Shown here piece after piece: positions 12,462 through 23,684 of a stretch of DNA of 64,000 bases. The notes under the pieces were generated by a model that worked only from the letters and a program-made list of their open reading frames with translations, ran no database searches and had not been told where the DNA came from. The stretch comes from Takakia lepidozioides. Lineage: Eukaryota > Plantae > Bryophyta. The stretch spans positions 11,160,001-11,224,000 of the forward strand of contig CM060733.1 of NCBI GenBank assembly GCA_030704615.1, read 5' to 3'. Position 1 is the stretch's first letter. Each line of letters opens with the position of its first letter. Made by a program: the position numbers and the translations under genes.

Positions 12462-15400
12462 CACTAGTACAAAAAACGGGTTTTATGACTTCTTTTTTTT
12501 ACTGTTTTCATGACTCTTTTGGTCATTTTGACTCATTTTTTATTCTTTTGCAAAGAATCATGCAGACCATGTCGTTATGATGACTCTAATATCCACGTCG
12601 TGAATATAACTTTGGGTGATATCCCCTTGTGAGCAAGATACATGACCCTGTATTTCGTCACGTCCGTGACTGTTTTCTAGCAACACGCGGCTCTCCCCGG
12701 ATTGCGACGTGTCAATTTCAGATGATGACAAGTGTAGGGACAACGTTATCTCGCACGCATGCCACAACGGGCCACGTATTTACGTTGAGCGATACCACGT
12801 GTTGAAATCTAGCAACTTTTAGAGAGTCATAAATCTTACTGTGGATGCGTTCGTGCCTAGACACGTGGCGCTCTTTGTATGGTATCAGGTAGGAATGGGA
12901 AATTATCCTGGTCATAAGCATGACCATCTTGGTCATGAGAATGACCATTTTATAACTTTAGGTGGTCGTGTATCTGACTCAAGTCTCATTGAATGGCTAC
13001 GTGGCGCATAATGTATGGTATGAATTTGAAATGTGAAAGGTATTTGAGTCATGAGTATGACCTCATTGGTTTGAGTTCATGAGTATGACTGGACACGTGT
13101 CACGTTTTGCATGGCTGTTGGTGCCTAGTTGAGTTATGGGCATTACCCATCTCTACTCCACATGTAGTATTCTAACTGGATGGAATTTGTAATATTTACC
13201 TTAATAATACATTTGTTTTCTGTTTATTTTTATTTTGTATTTTATTTATTTTCAAATTAGAGTGGATAGTGGTTTAATTTGTATTATATGTTTAGTGAAT
13301 TAGTATATTTATATGTATTCAAATATAATACCATTTATATGTAATTTATAATATGAGAATATATCATTTTACACAAATACACGGTGTCACGAGCCAATTG
13401 GATAAAAAAAAGATTCGATGTCCTACACGTGAATGCACACATGTATAAACAGATCAACAACACTAGCTGAGAAGAGGTTGTTGGTTTCAATCCACTGGTT
13501 CGTGTAAGTACTACATGAGATCTATTTAGCTAATCACTCAAGGGTAACCACATGTCAAAGTAAGAGCATTACCTCTAAATCACCGTTGAGGCAGCACTTT
13601 CAGCAGCTTATCACTCCACACTGTGACAGAGTCCAGAGTGTGACCAATCTCTGTGTGGGCTGGCTGTACTGAAGTATTGAAGTATGCAAGTGGGGTGCTG
13701 GCCGTGCATACTTCATCCACACGCACAGCCACGTACCCAACAGGTATAGATGGGTATCCCTCTGGGGATGTATTGCCCTGCAAACCCATCACCAAACCAC
13801 TACCTACTTTGGCTTTTGATAGGGCATCCAAAAGCCACACTCGATGGCCTTTAATCACCTGCCACAATCCACAAGCAGTGTCAGTTAAAAATGAGTCCCA
13901 TATTTCACAGGTTTGAACCGAGTCACATGCAACCAGTGCAATCATGAGAAGATGATAGGGGTGTATAGTTTTTCTCACCCCATTTTGCTCCGAGGGTGTT
14001 GGAATAACGATCTTCTCAGCTGGTGTTGTCTTCACTGGGACAGCTTGCTTTCTATATCCAACCTGCAACAACGTGGGGAAATCGCAAACATAAAGGAGAT
14101 CTGCCCATTGTCAGGTGTTTTTTGCCTTACCCGTGTCATTCTACGGGGGTTGCATCCACAATGTGCCATGCAATGCCCTTCAACCTCATGCCAACTATGT
14201 GTCAAGAAACAATTGAACTCCTACAGGTAAATGATTAGAGTCCTCATAACTGTAAGCACAAAAAAGGTAAGAGATCTTAGCACATTTTTCTCCAAGGCAG
14301 TGTTTGCTGCGCCTGAAACCCTCTCTGTCCCTGGCTTTCTGCGACCATGTGACTGATATTGCATTATACAACAACAATTATGTCAAATAGCTGTTCACAA
14401 TACTGACAATGACAAACACTATCGTCAAATGTCCACAAACCTATGACTAACATAAGATATTAACATTCACTAATGCAAGGTGAGGGCCAGAGTGTACCTC
14501 TCTGGCCACGCCTTCAGTCTCTGTAGTAATAGGTCCCTGTCCATATCCCCCTGTAGTGCATATGAATTTGGGCACATTGGGGGACTGTGCCAGTCTTTCG
14601 AGGTAGGGCCACACACTGTCCAACAGCCCAGTGTCAGCAACCCCTGTGTCATGTGTCCATGAAACTAGAGAACATCAACACAACAATCCATACAAGTCCA
14701 AAATCAATAGATGTTTGGGTGTAGGAGGTTCAAATTGTGCAGGTAACATGCCCTAACCCTTGCTCGATGAAGTAGGTGATCCACGATCACTATCAACTGG
14801 GTCTCCGTTGCCGTTGACTTCTGCCACTGGAGAAGGTGACCGCATGGACTGTGAACCCTCCACGTTTAGTACTGGTTTACTGCCAACCGCCTCAATCATG
14901 TTAAAACGTGAGTCCAGACGAGTTGACACGGTAGGGACATGTGTAGCTCCATCTACCACGATAGATGAGCCTGCACGTGTGTTGCCATCGGAACAAGGGT
15001 CAAGGTTCAGGCCAAACTTCATAGCCAAAAGCTTGTTGAACTCCTTGGCTTCAGACATGAATTTCCTCATGTCCGCCATACCTCCCTCCAACAATGACAC
15101 TTTTTCTGCGAATTTGCGGATGGTGCTTGTATTGTCCTGCCAAACAAACCGTCAAATGTCAGAAGACATACTACAAACGAAGGCATAAACAACATAATAT
15201 ACTAAAATGAACAGCCTCTCATTTCTTGAATGACTCACTCTAGGGCCAGTGGGCTGATCACCCACTTTGCTCACTGATCCCTCTTGGATCTCTTGGAAAG
15301 AAGGGGTCCTGCCAGTTGACATAGCCTGCATGCGCCAGAATATTCAAGTACTAGATTACACATGTGCACAAAAATTGCATGCATTTCCACATTTCCCATA

Positions 15401-17480
15401 TAGGCACTACATCAAAAAGGGGTCCACATCATCAATAGCGCTTCAGGTTTTGCAAGTGAGGTCCTTACCAGACGAACTTCAACCCCATTCTTTCCACCGG
15501 GTCCTGTCTTGCTTTGTTTCTTTGCAGCCTTGTTAGCAGCAGCCCCATTCTCAGAAGATTTCAGAAACTTCTCTATTTGCCAATAAGCCACTAGGCGGTC
15601 CGACTATGCAGAACTCACAGTCGCTGGTTTGCCTTCCCCTTGAGAAAATGACCCCGCAAGTTTGTGCGAATAGTTTTTAACATGACCCCTATTGTCTTCC
15701 TCACAACCACAACATCTAGCTGAACAGGAGTGTAAGTAAACATGCTCTTCATTGTCTTGAATACGAGATCCAAGTCAGACGCGCGTTGTTTTTTGAGATG
15801 TGAGGAAACATCTAGCATGCGAAGGATTTGCTCTTTAAGGGCATTCTGCCAGCGAGTTCGTGTGGCTCCAGTTGGTGCCCCTAATTCAGTCAGCTCTATC
15901 ATTAGAGGGGGTCGAATTTGCTGGTCCCCTCTCCAAGCAGCACTTGCATTCATAGCAACCTGCGTAGCTCGCCTTGCCCTCCGCTTTGCATTACGGATGT
16001 CCTGTGGATCCATAACAGGTTCTTCCTCCATGTAACCCTCCCCCTTGCCAGCAATATCATTATCAGGCCACTGCATGTCCGGCATGCCCCAGTTCTCTTC
16101 TTCCCCTACTTCATGTCCATACACATCTGCCTCCCCATACTCATCCTCATCAAGATGCACTGGTTCCTGGTATGAGTTATACAGGGGACCTGGAGGTCGG
16201 GGACGGGGCCTGCCTCCCATTTGTGATGCGCCTACTCCTCTACGGGGAGAATGGAAAACATGGCTAGCATACAATGGTTCCCCCCCCCTCTGTTGTTCCA
16301 ACCTAATTGACTGCTAGAACCACATACATCACTATACCTTTCATGGGGGTGAGGGGGTGGACGGACTGGGCGAGAACAACCTGTTGGATTTTGAGCATGT
16401 CCCCCTTCCATGGGCGCAAATGTGCCATGCGCAGGGCTACGTTGAAGGGTCCTAGCAAATTGTCCTCTCCCCCGTTTGCTTCTTGACTGCCACATTAAAC
16501 ATTACGCAGTAAGTGGACATCTACCAACATGATCCAGGCAAGACACTCCCACTGCAAATCCTGACTGATAAATCCACACATCAAGTCTGCATCTGGAATT
16601 AGCACAACTAGAGTATTTTCAATACTTTCTTGAATATGCTAGATCAATTGTTCCCTTTTTATGTTCATATCCTCACAAGCAGAAGCACATCACTTTGGTG
16701 TTTATAATTAGGTTTTTCTCATGGGATTGCACTAAATCACCAATGCCAAATGGCCAAAGCCCTTACCACCTATGAAGCAAGACAAGAGAATGCAGGTATA
16801 GTGGAATGACCCAGAATTTGGCGAAATCATCTTTGCTGAACCTCCCAAATCAAACTGGGGCTTTTTGATCTCTGCTCTGGCATATCAACACCCACAGTGT
16901 GTTGTCTACATTATGGATCCAAACCCAAATATGCACCTAATACACATGGAGATGGAGCTTAGGGTTAATGTGTGTAGGAGTAGCACTCACCACGGGTGAT
17001 ATGTACTGCTGTGGTGCAGGACGTTTGGCAGGCGGCCTTGGAGGAATTTCAACGGGTCTCTTCCCTTTCCCATCATGGAGGGGATTAGTGTTACCAGTGC
17101 CTTCATCGTCTGGAGGGCAGGTGCTGTCGTCGGTGTCTGAGTCGCCTGTAGTGTAGCATCGATCGTCGGGTTCTCCCTCTGCGGCCATGCTCCATGGTGG
17201 AAGCTGTAGTACGAACCTAGATGACTGCTCACCTTCAACCACTGGTTTGCGCAGGGCCTGCTTTCGCACTACCTTTGTGGGCAATGCTCTCTGCATACTA
17301 TCAAGCATGTTAGGACTCAAGCTAGCTGGTAAACCTCAAGATGACAAAAGAATGTGAAGTCACTTGAATTTCTTGGGTTCTTGGATTTTTGGCGCAACGA
17401 ATGCAATAAAAAGTTCCCGCGCAAAAAATCCCCATATGTAGCACTCTTCTTCCACACAAGAAACTCTCGTACATGAGTGT
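12462..17480 (-). mobile_element. CACTA (En/Spm) DNA transposon: one terminus plus TnpA-like gene; far boundary uncertain
   Basis: CACTAGTACAAAAAACGGG at 12462 interrupts the gypsy pol. ATGAC/GTCAT subterminal repeats run to ~13100. Confidence 0.75.
13580..17320 (-). pseudogene. CACTA TnpA-like (Ptta/Transposase_24-type) multi-exon gene
   Basis: Exon-like ORFs at 16937-17320, 15615-16301, 14753-15100 and 13580-~13860. The C-terminal IPVGYVAVRVDEV...IGHTLDSVTVW motif is typical of TnpA-type proteins. Confidence 0.6.
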
Positions 17481-18102
17481 GGGCCCTCATTCTCACCTGC
17501 TCGGCAGGCTCTCTGTCATTCTACCCTTCCGTAAAGGAGGTACTTCCTTCAATGACGACGTGAAGGAGAGTGAAGGGTTGAGAAGGGAGTGTGTAGGAAA
17601 TAAACCCCCTTGACATCTCTGTCTCTAATCTGTCTCTACATAGACTTGCGAGGGCCCTTCTGTCACTCCAAGGCGCTACAATCCACTTACTCAGCTTTCC
17701 TAGCTTACTTCTGCTGCCAATGTGGTTACTCAGAATCCCTAGCTTACTCTGTTGCCAATGTGGCTAGTCCCAGTTCTTTGAACTTTGCTTTCACCTCCGC
17801 TACGTTGGCTGCCCTTTCCACCTCGTAAACCGTGAGAGTTGAGCTACTTCCATTGACCATTCGGTGACGACAGTGTGCAGGTGTGCGCGGGTCAACTTAC
17901 ACGTCCAAAACCAATATTGCCACTATTCCTCGCCTACAGCTGTCAGTCATATACAGGCAACCACGTTTTTCAGGTAGAGTGTTATCAGAAGCAAGACTTA
18001 GAAGGAGAGATGCGCACTTGTGGCGGAAGGAGGATGCCCTTGCCAGACGACAGGGATGGAAAAAACTACGGTGTTGCTGCTGCGTGTGCCACGGAGGGAA
18101 GC

Positions 18103-19733
18103 TGTCATGCACCTAAGCATCGTGCCACAACATACATCGTTGTCCAACCACACTTCCTAGCATATAGTCCTAGAAAACCACGCCACAATAGATACGGAAA
18201 TGGTGAAAAGAGGAGAAACCACTCTATCACGTTATATAAGTCAAGCCAATGGCACCTTTGCTAAAGGACTCCACCATACAGACCTCACCCACTCTCCATC
18301 TCGAGAACTAGAGCTATGGCGGCGAGAGAGGCCTCGGGAGGCTCGACTAGAAGACGACAAGCCTGCCTACGTCTCACATGGAGATAACCTCTCCACGTCC
18401 CAAGTGAAGTTCGCCACCTCACTTGGCACTTGAAACCAAATGAAGTCCCAATGCCAACAAAATACAAATATAATGTATAATGTCCTAATTAACTAGAAAT
18501 AACTATTTCTAACTAATCACAAACAAAACCATGACAGCTGTCGTGCACCTAAGCATCGTGCCACAACATACATCGTTGTCCAACCACACTTCCTAGCATA
18601 TAGTCCTAGAAAACCACGCCACAATCGCCCCCCTAGCTGGTGATTAGGTCCCTCTAACACCAGATAGCTTGCAAGTATCCACCCCAATAAGATCATCGCT
18701 TGGTCTTCAATCGCACAAGTCCCAACACCTGAAGTCGATAGATCAAGAGGCCGGGTGCAAACGTAGCCCCATCGTTAGTCGCCTTTATGCAATCCATGTT
18801 CTTCAGTTGAGTATCAATGGCATTGAAGCCCCACTAGCTAGACCTTGGATCACTTGTTCGCCTCACTATTGTCATGTCCAATACCTCTGTCTAAGGCATC
18901 GTGGACACAACCATTCTCCGATAGGAAACTCCTCAAGTGGCAGTGTCAAGCATCCCATGTGCCACCCCCTTGAGCATTTGTCACACACCAACATGGTTGC
19001 GGCGCCACCAACATGCCCACATAGCATGCAACGCAACCCTGCAGGTACCACTGCAAGGTTGGGATCTATCCTCCCATCCACATGTGGAAGGTGACATAAT
19101 TGCGCACATGGTCCTTCCATACCATGCCATCTCGACCCTCCAGAATCAACACTCCTGAAGGCAACACCTCCCTGACCCTTAGAATCACATATCCTGCTAT
19201 GACATCCAAGGTCATAGGTGTTGTCTGCTGCAGATACACATAGGCCCCAGGGTGGAAACGCCGAACACTTGGCCGATATCCCCCTCCACGTATAGTGACG
19301 TACCTCAATGTGTCTCGGTATTGGGCAATAGCAAGGTTCTCAAAAGCCATAGGCATGACTCTCTTGAACAACTCTGCCCGCTGGGCACATGCTTGTGTCC
19401 ACACATCCGGATCATCAAGGTTGAGAACTACTGCAGCCTCCGTGCGAATAGATACAAGAAAATCCGGCTCTCGGCTGAAGAGAAGAAAGTAAGGTGAGAA
19501 GGAGGCAAGTGAAGCTTGTTTGCTGAACCTATAGCCCATAGCTAGCCGAAGGTCCCAATCTCCTAGGTGTCCCTTCTGCAAACCGTACTTGTGCAAACCT
19601 CTCTTGACTGTTTGAACAACTCTCTCCGCCAAGCCATCAGCCTTGGGATGATCCCGAGAAGTAATGCGGTGATCTATCAAGGCTCGCTTACACAAAGCCT
19701 GAAACTCCCCCAAGAACTCTCTCCCCTGGTCCG
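18103..19733 (-). mobile_element. 5'-truncated Ty3/gypsy element: integrase C-terminus, PHD finger, PPT and terminal repeat 18103-18623
   Basis: Closely similar inverted counterpart of ~41936-43554. HPKADGLAERVVQT integrase motif; CMLC..MLVCDKCSRGWHMGCL..WLCPRC. Confidence 0.92.
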
Positions 19734-19879
19734 GGAAGCTAAAGCAATATCTAAGCCCATAATGCTCTCATCCCATTACTCCCCCTATCTTCACACTCAC
19801 TCTTGCTTGAGCAATAGATAAGACTATCCTTAAAGAGCCTCTCAAATAACTCTCAAGAGCCCTCAAATTATTGCCATGA

Positions 19880-20480
19880 ACTTCTGAAATCTGCCCTCAA
19901 TCAGCCCCTAACATAGACCCACCGAGGTTCAAGAAGTTCGCAAACTTGGACTCCAAACAGTCCACCAAAAAGCCCTAGGCGCCCGCCAATTAGTGGCCTC
20001 CAAGGTCTCCAACCAGCCCTCACAATGGCTCCACAAGGCTGCCCAATATGGCCTCCAAGGACCTCCAACAGTCCTCCAACAGCCCTTAAGAAGCTCCTCA
20101 AATCTGCCAAGTATTGGCCTCCAAGGACCTCCAATAGTCCCCCAAAGAGCTCTTAGAAAGTTCCATAAATCTGCCCAATATGGGCCTCCAAGGACCTCCA
20201 ATCGTCCTCCAACCAGCCCTCACAAGGCTCCACAGGCTTGCAAAACATTGGCCTCGAAGGACCTCAAATAGTCCTTCAAACAGCCCCAAGCAGGCTCCAC
20301 AAACCTGCAAGATATTGGCTTCAATAGACTCCAAATAGTCCTCAAGCAGGCCCCAATACCTGCAAAATATTGGCCTCAATAGACCCCAAACAGTCCTCAA
20401 GCAAGAACCAATATCTGTTAGATATTGGCCCCCATAGACCCCAAATAATCCTCAAACAAGCTCCCAGAAGGCTCCAAAAG
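19880..20480. repeat. Degenerate tandem minisatellite (GGCCTCCAAGGACCTCCAA...-containing units)
   Basis: Recurrent ATTGGCCTC/AAGGACCTCCAA/CAGCCC motifs. Confidence 0.8.
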
Positions 20481-20494
20481 TATCCACAGTCAGT

Positions 20495-20935
20495 CGATTT
20501 TTCATCCGTCGCTGACCAAATCTCATCCAAAACCGCGATGTCTCATCTGCAGGTCCGATAATTTATCCGCCACGATAGTTCATCCGTCGGCGCGATATTT
20601 CATCCGTTGGTGCAGTTTCATCCGTCGCCGCGATTTTTCATCCGATGGTACGATAGTTCATCCGCTGACGCAGTTTCATCCGTCGCCACAATTTTTCATC
20701 CAATAGCACGATAGTTCATCTGCTGCCACAATTTCATCCGTTGCCTCAATTTTTCATCCGATAGCGCGATAGTTCATCCGCTGATGAGATTTCATCCGCT
20801 GGTGCAGTTTCATCTGTTGCCACGATTTTTCATCCGATAGCGCGATAGTTCATCCGCTGACAAGATTTCATCCACTACAACCGATTCTCATCCAAGAGCG
20901 CCGATTTTCATCCACTGGCTCAATAGTTCATCCGA
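20495..20935. repeat. Tandem array of TTCATCCG-core units (~20 bp, with higher-order ~60 bp periodicity)
   Basis: About 20 copies of (gatag/ttt)TTCATCCG in the same orientation. Confidence 0.9.
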
Positions 20936-20949
20936 TTGGACAATGGTGG

Positions 20950-21300
20950 TGCTCCCAACTCTAGGGCAATGTGTCGACTCACTTTCGCCCCTTCGTACAA
21001 GGGAGTTCTCGCCTCCCTCTCCATGTCATTTGAGGGGGCCATTTCAGGATCATCGATTGGCCGGGTTCCCTCTTCATGGGATGCATCAGCGCCCACATGA
21101 TGCATTAAGAGATCCTCCATGGCTTGCACATCCTCCTGGTTAATTCCATGCTCATTGTTGTTGTCACTGTCACTATCAATGTCATCGTCATCATCGTCCG
21201 GTACCATGGGGGCGGCGTCTCGCCCACGGCTCCCGCCTGATGTACTTGGGTTGTTTTCGGATGGGGTGCCAAGAGAAAAGACCGGGAAGGGATGGACAAA
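20950..21300 (-). pseudogene. CACTA TnpD transposase N-terminal fragment
   Basis: EREARTPLYEGAKVSR motif after an acidic linker, as in Transposase_21-family N-termini. Confidence 0.55.
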
Positions 21301-21647
21301 GTCCTGATATGAACAAATGAACATAGGGTCATATATTATAATGTGTTCTTCCAACCATACACTTCATTATAAGCGAAATGCAAACAACAACCTTCAATGT
21401 GTGTGTGCATCAAATATGTCATTCAATAATTACATTTATGTGCGCAACGTACACGCATGCAAAGTTTCAAACCCAAACAAAATCATTTGCCCTCCCAATG
21501 ACGCATTCACCCTATCAACCAATTTTTGTTTATTAATGTGAAAGAAAATCCTCTCATGCCATTGCACCCAACAAACATATGTGGCTCAAGCTTCATTTTT
21601 TCCTACATGTGCTTAAATATATGTGCAACACCTGTACAAAGATCCAG

Positions 21648-22188
21648 CGTCTTTTAGTAAAGTACGTTTGAGAGGGATGTGATTCATACCTAGGCTGAAT
21701 AATTCTTTCAGCTTTGCGTGTTTAATAATGTTCAGGTCCATGGTACGTACGTGTTGCGTAGGTGTAGAACCAGACAGATGGAATTCTGATTTTGTATCCA
21801 CATCCCGAAAATCATGAAACCTCTTGGCACTGTCACATAGACAATCTGGTGAGTGAATCAAGTCTTGCATAAAGCAAAAATCACGGAAAACAACAGCAGG
21901 CTGATAGTATTCAGAACTGCTTTGTTTATGATATGTCCATCCAAAAACTATCTCATCGATGAGAATAGCTAAGTCATTTTGCCCAAATTCCAGAAAGGCT
22001 TCTTTTATCAGGTTCTTAGGGTGTATCCACTCCATACCACGGTTTGGGTATAACATATGAATGAATCCCAAAGGAGCAGGTTTTGCTGCCTGTTTTATGA
22101 ATTTCCTGCCATGGGCATGAGTTTCAATTTGTTTGCAACCATCCTCAAAGACATATAACGCATCTGCACATACAGAGTAGAGGAACAT
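21648..22188 (-). pseudogene. Truncated PLE reverse transcriptase N-terminus (copy 1)
   Basis: Identical to the start of 26108-28330 up to ...TLLKD, then unrelated sequence. Confidence 0.9.
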
Positions 22189-22205
22189 ACCAAAAAATGA
22201 GATTT

Positions 22206-23684
22206 TTACAGATCATTCCAAGATCCAAAGTCTCGTTTGTGTATTGGGGAGAACTCGTCAGTGATACGACGAGTCTTGTATGACTCCTGGCTGGCGATGT
22301 TGATGGTGGTACTGGAATTAGCACCCGAACCCCCAGTTGAGGACCGATTCGTTGCTCTTGAATTCTCAGAGGTGTTGGTAGAGTAATGTCCCCTGCCAGA
22401 GCGTCCTCCTCTTTGGTAGAGACCTCTTCCACGACCAGGGGTACCTCTTCCCCGGGCAGTGCTGCTCTTGCCTTGTTGAGGAGGCATCTGCCCCTCCATA
22501 CGCTGCCGTTTGTAGCTATTGAATTGTGGCCTGGGAAGGCTGTCTGAAAAAGACCCAGGTTTCACGAGTTTCTCAATGTATCTGGCCCCCTTGGATTCTC
22601 CTAACTTCGCAAGCAGCTTGGCTTGTGGGTCATTTGAGAATTCACAGGCTGCTTCCATTATGAACCCTCGGGTCATCTGGAAAGTAATTTGTGCCAGTAC
22701 AGCAGATCTGGCAGCCCGCATGATCCATACCAGAAAATTGTAATACTTGGTTTGCACCGAAGGATAGGTATCATCAGGGAAGAACACAATCAGATTGTTC
22801 AGCATATACCAAACCATATGGTCAAACCAAGCAACACTCCCAATGCAAGAAGAAGGTGCCCCTCCTTGTCCACAGTTGCATCTTATGTAGGGACGATGCC
22901 AATTGAAGAGTTGACTCTTATGGTTCTTGGATCTGGCTGATCCAGTCGGCAAATCATTTTTGGTCCTCAAGGTAAGGTTCTCACCTTTGTCACAGAGCTT
23001 GTAGTAGAAGGTCCTTAGTGGCCACGCCACGGCAATAGGTTCCTTTTTTATTCTCTGAAGACCCTCCTTAGCATCCTGTGCACATCTACTGCGTTCAGCA
23101 GGAGTTATGTTGCCCCATTTGACCCACATTTCAATGGAAATGGGTGCCAATAGGTTGATATTAGCATGTGGATGCCACATCATATGATCGTTATTGGCAA
23201 CCTCTAATTCAACTGCACGGGGAGGCAACCAAGGGACAAATTGCAGATTTCCAGGAGTGGCACCTGCTGCTCTTTCTTGTTCCACTTGTGAGAGTTCTAC
23301 TTGTTCACAGAATTCTCTCACTGCCTCTTTTTCTTCATCCGGTAAAATCATGTGCCCAAGGATTGGGTGATTACTTACAGAAGGGATGAAGTCTTTTTCA
23401 GAGGTGTTTGCAGATTTCTGCGTGGAGACAGTCTGGTCATCTTCCGGGTTCGCCATTCTAAGAGCAGCCTCAATGGCTGATCCCTTCTTTTCCCATTGTA
23501 TCAGCTCCTCGGCATCATCTTCCAGTACCTCAATCATTTTAGTATTGAACTCCTGGAGCTTCTCCAGGTACCTGCCATTCTTATTTGCCATGATGCCAAG
23601 TGCAACCCAATTTTCCAAAGCCAAAGTCTCAAGTAGTAATACGGGATTTTCATCACCTGAATTTTCCAAGGCCTCAGTGTCCAT
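22206..23684 (-). CDS. PLE ORF1, 492 aa, unknown function (copy 1)
   Basis: Intact ORF, protein identical to 28348-29826. Confidence 0.8.
   Translation of the reverse strand: MDTEALENSGDENPVLLLETLALENWVALGIMANKNGRYLEKLQEFNTKMIEVLEDDAEELIQWEKKGSAIEAALRMANPEDDQTVSTQKSANTSEKDFIPSVSNHPILGHMILPDEEKEAVREFCEQVELSQVEQERAAGATPGNLQFVPWLPPRAVELEVANNDHMMWHPHANINLLAPISIEMWVKWGNITPAERSRCAQDAKEGLQRIKKEPIAVAWPLRTFYYKLCDKGENLTLRTKNDLPTGSARSKNHKSQLFNWHRPYIRCNCGQGGAPSSCIGSVAWFDHMVWYMLNNLIVFFPDDTYPSVQTKYYNFLVWIMRAARSAVLAQITFQMTRGFIMEAACEFSNDPQAKLLAKLGESKGARYIEKLVKPGSFSDSLPRPQFNSYKRQRMEGQMPPQQGKSSTARGRGTPGRGRGLYQRGGRSGRGHYSTNTSENSRATNRSSTGGSGANSSTTINIASQESYKTRRITDEFSPIHKRDFGSWNDL

Noticed and set aside
17480-18095. 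Solo LTR ending GACGACA at 17871 and a possible TnpD start (LRCCCCVCHGG)
   Set aside because: No clear 5' TG terminus or TSD, and the protein motif is too short to call.
19880-20935. CRISPR-like array
   Set aside because: Degenerate tandem units without unique spacers, in a eukaryotic TE context with no cas genes.
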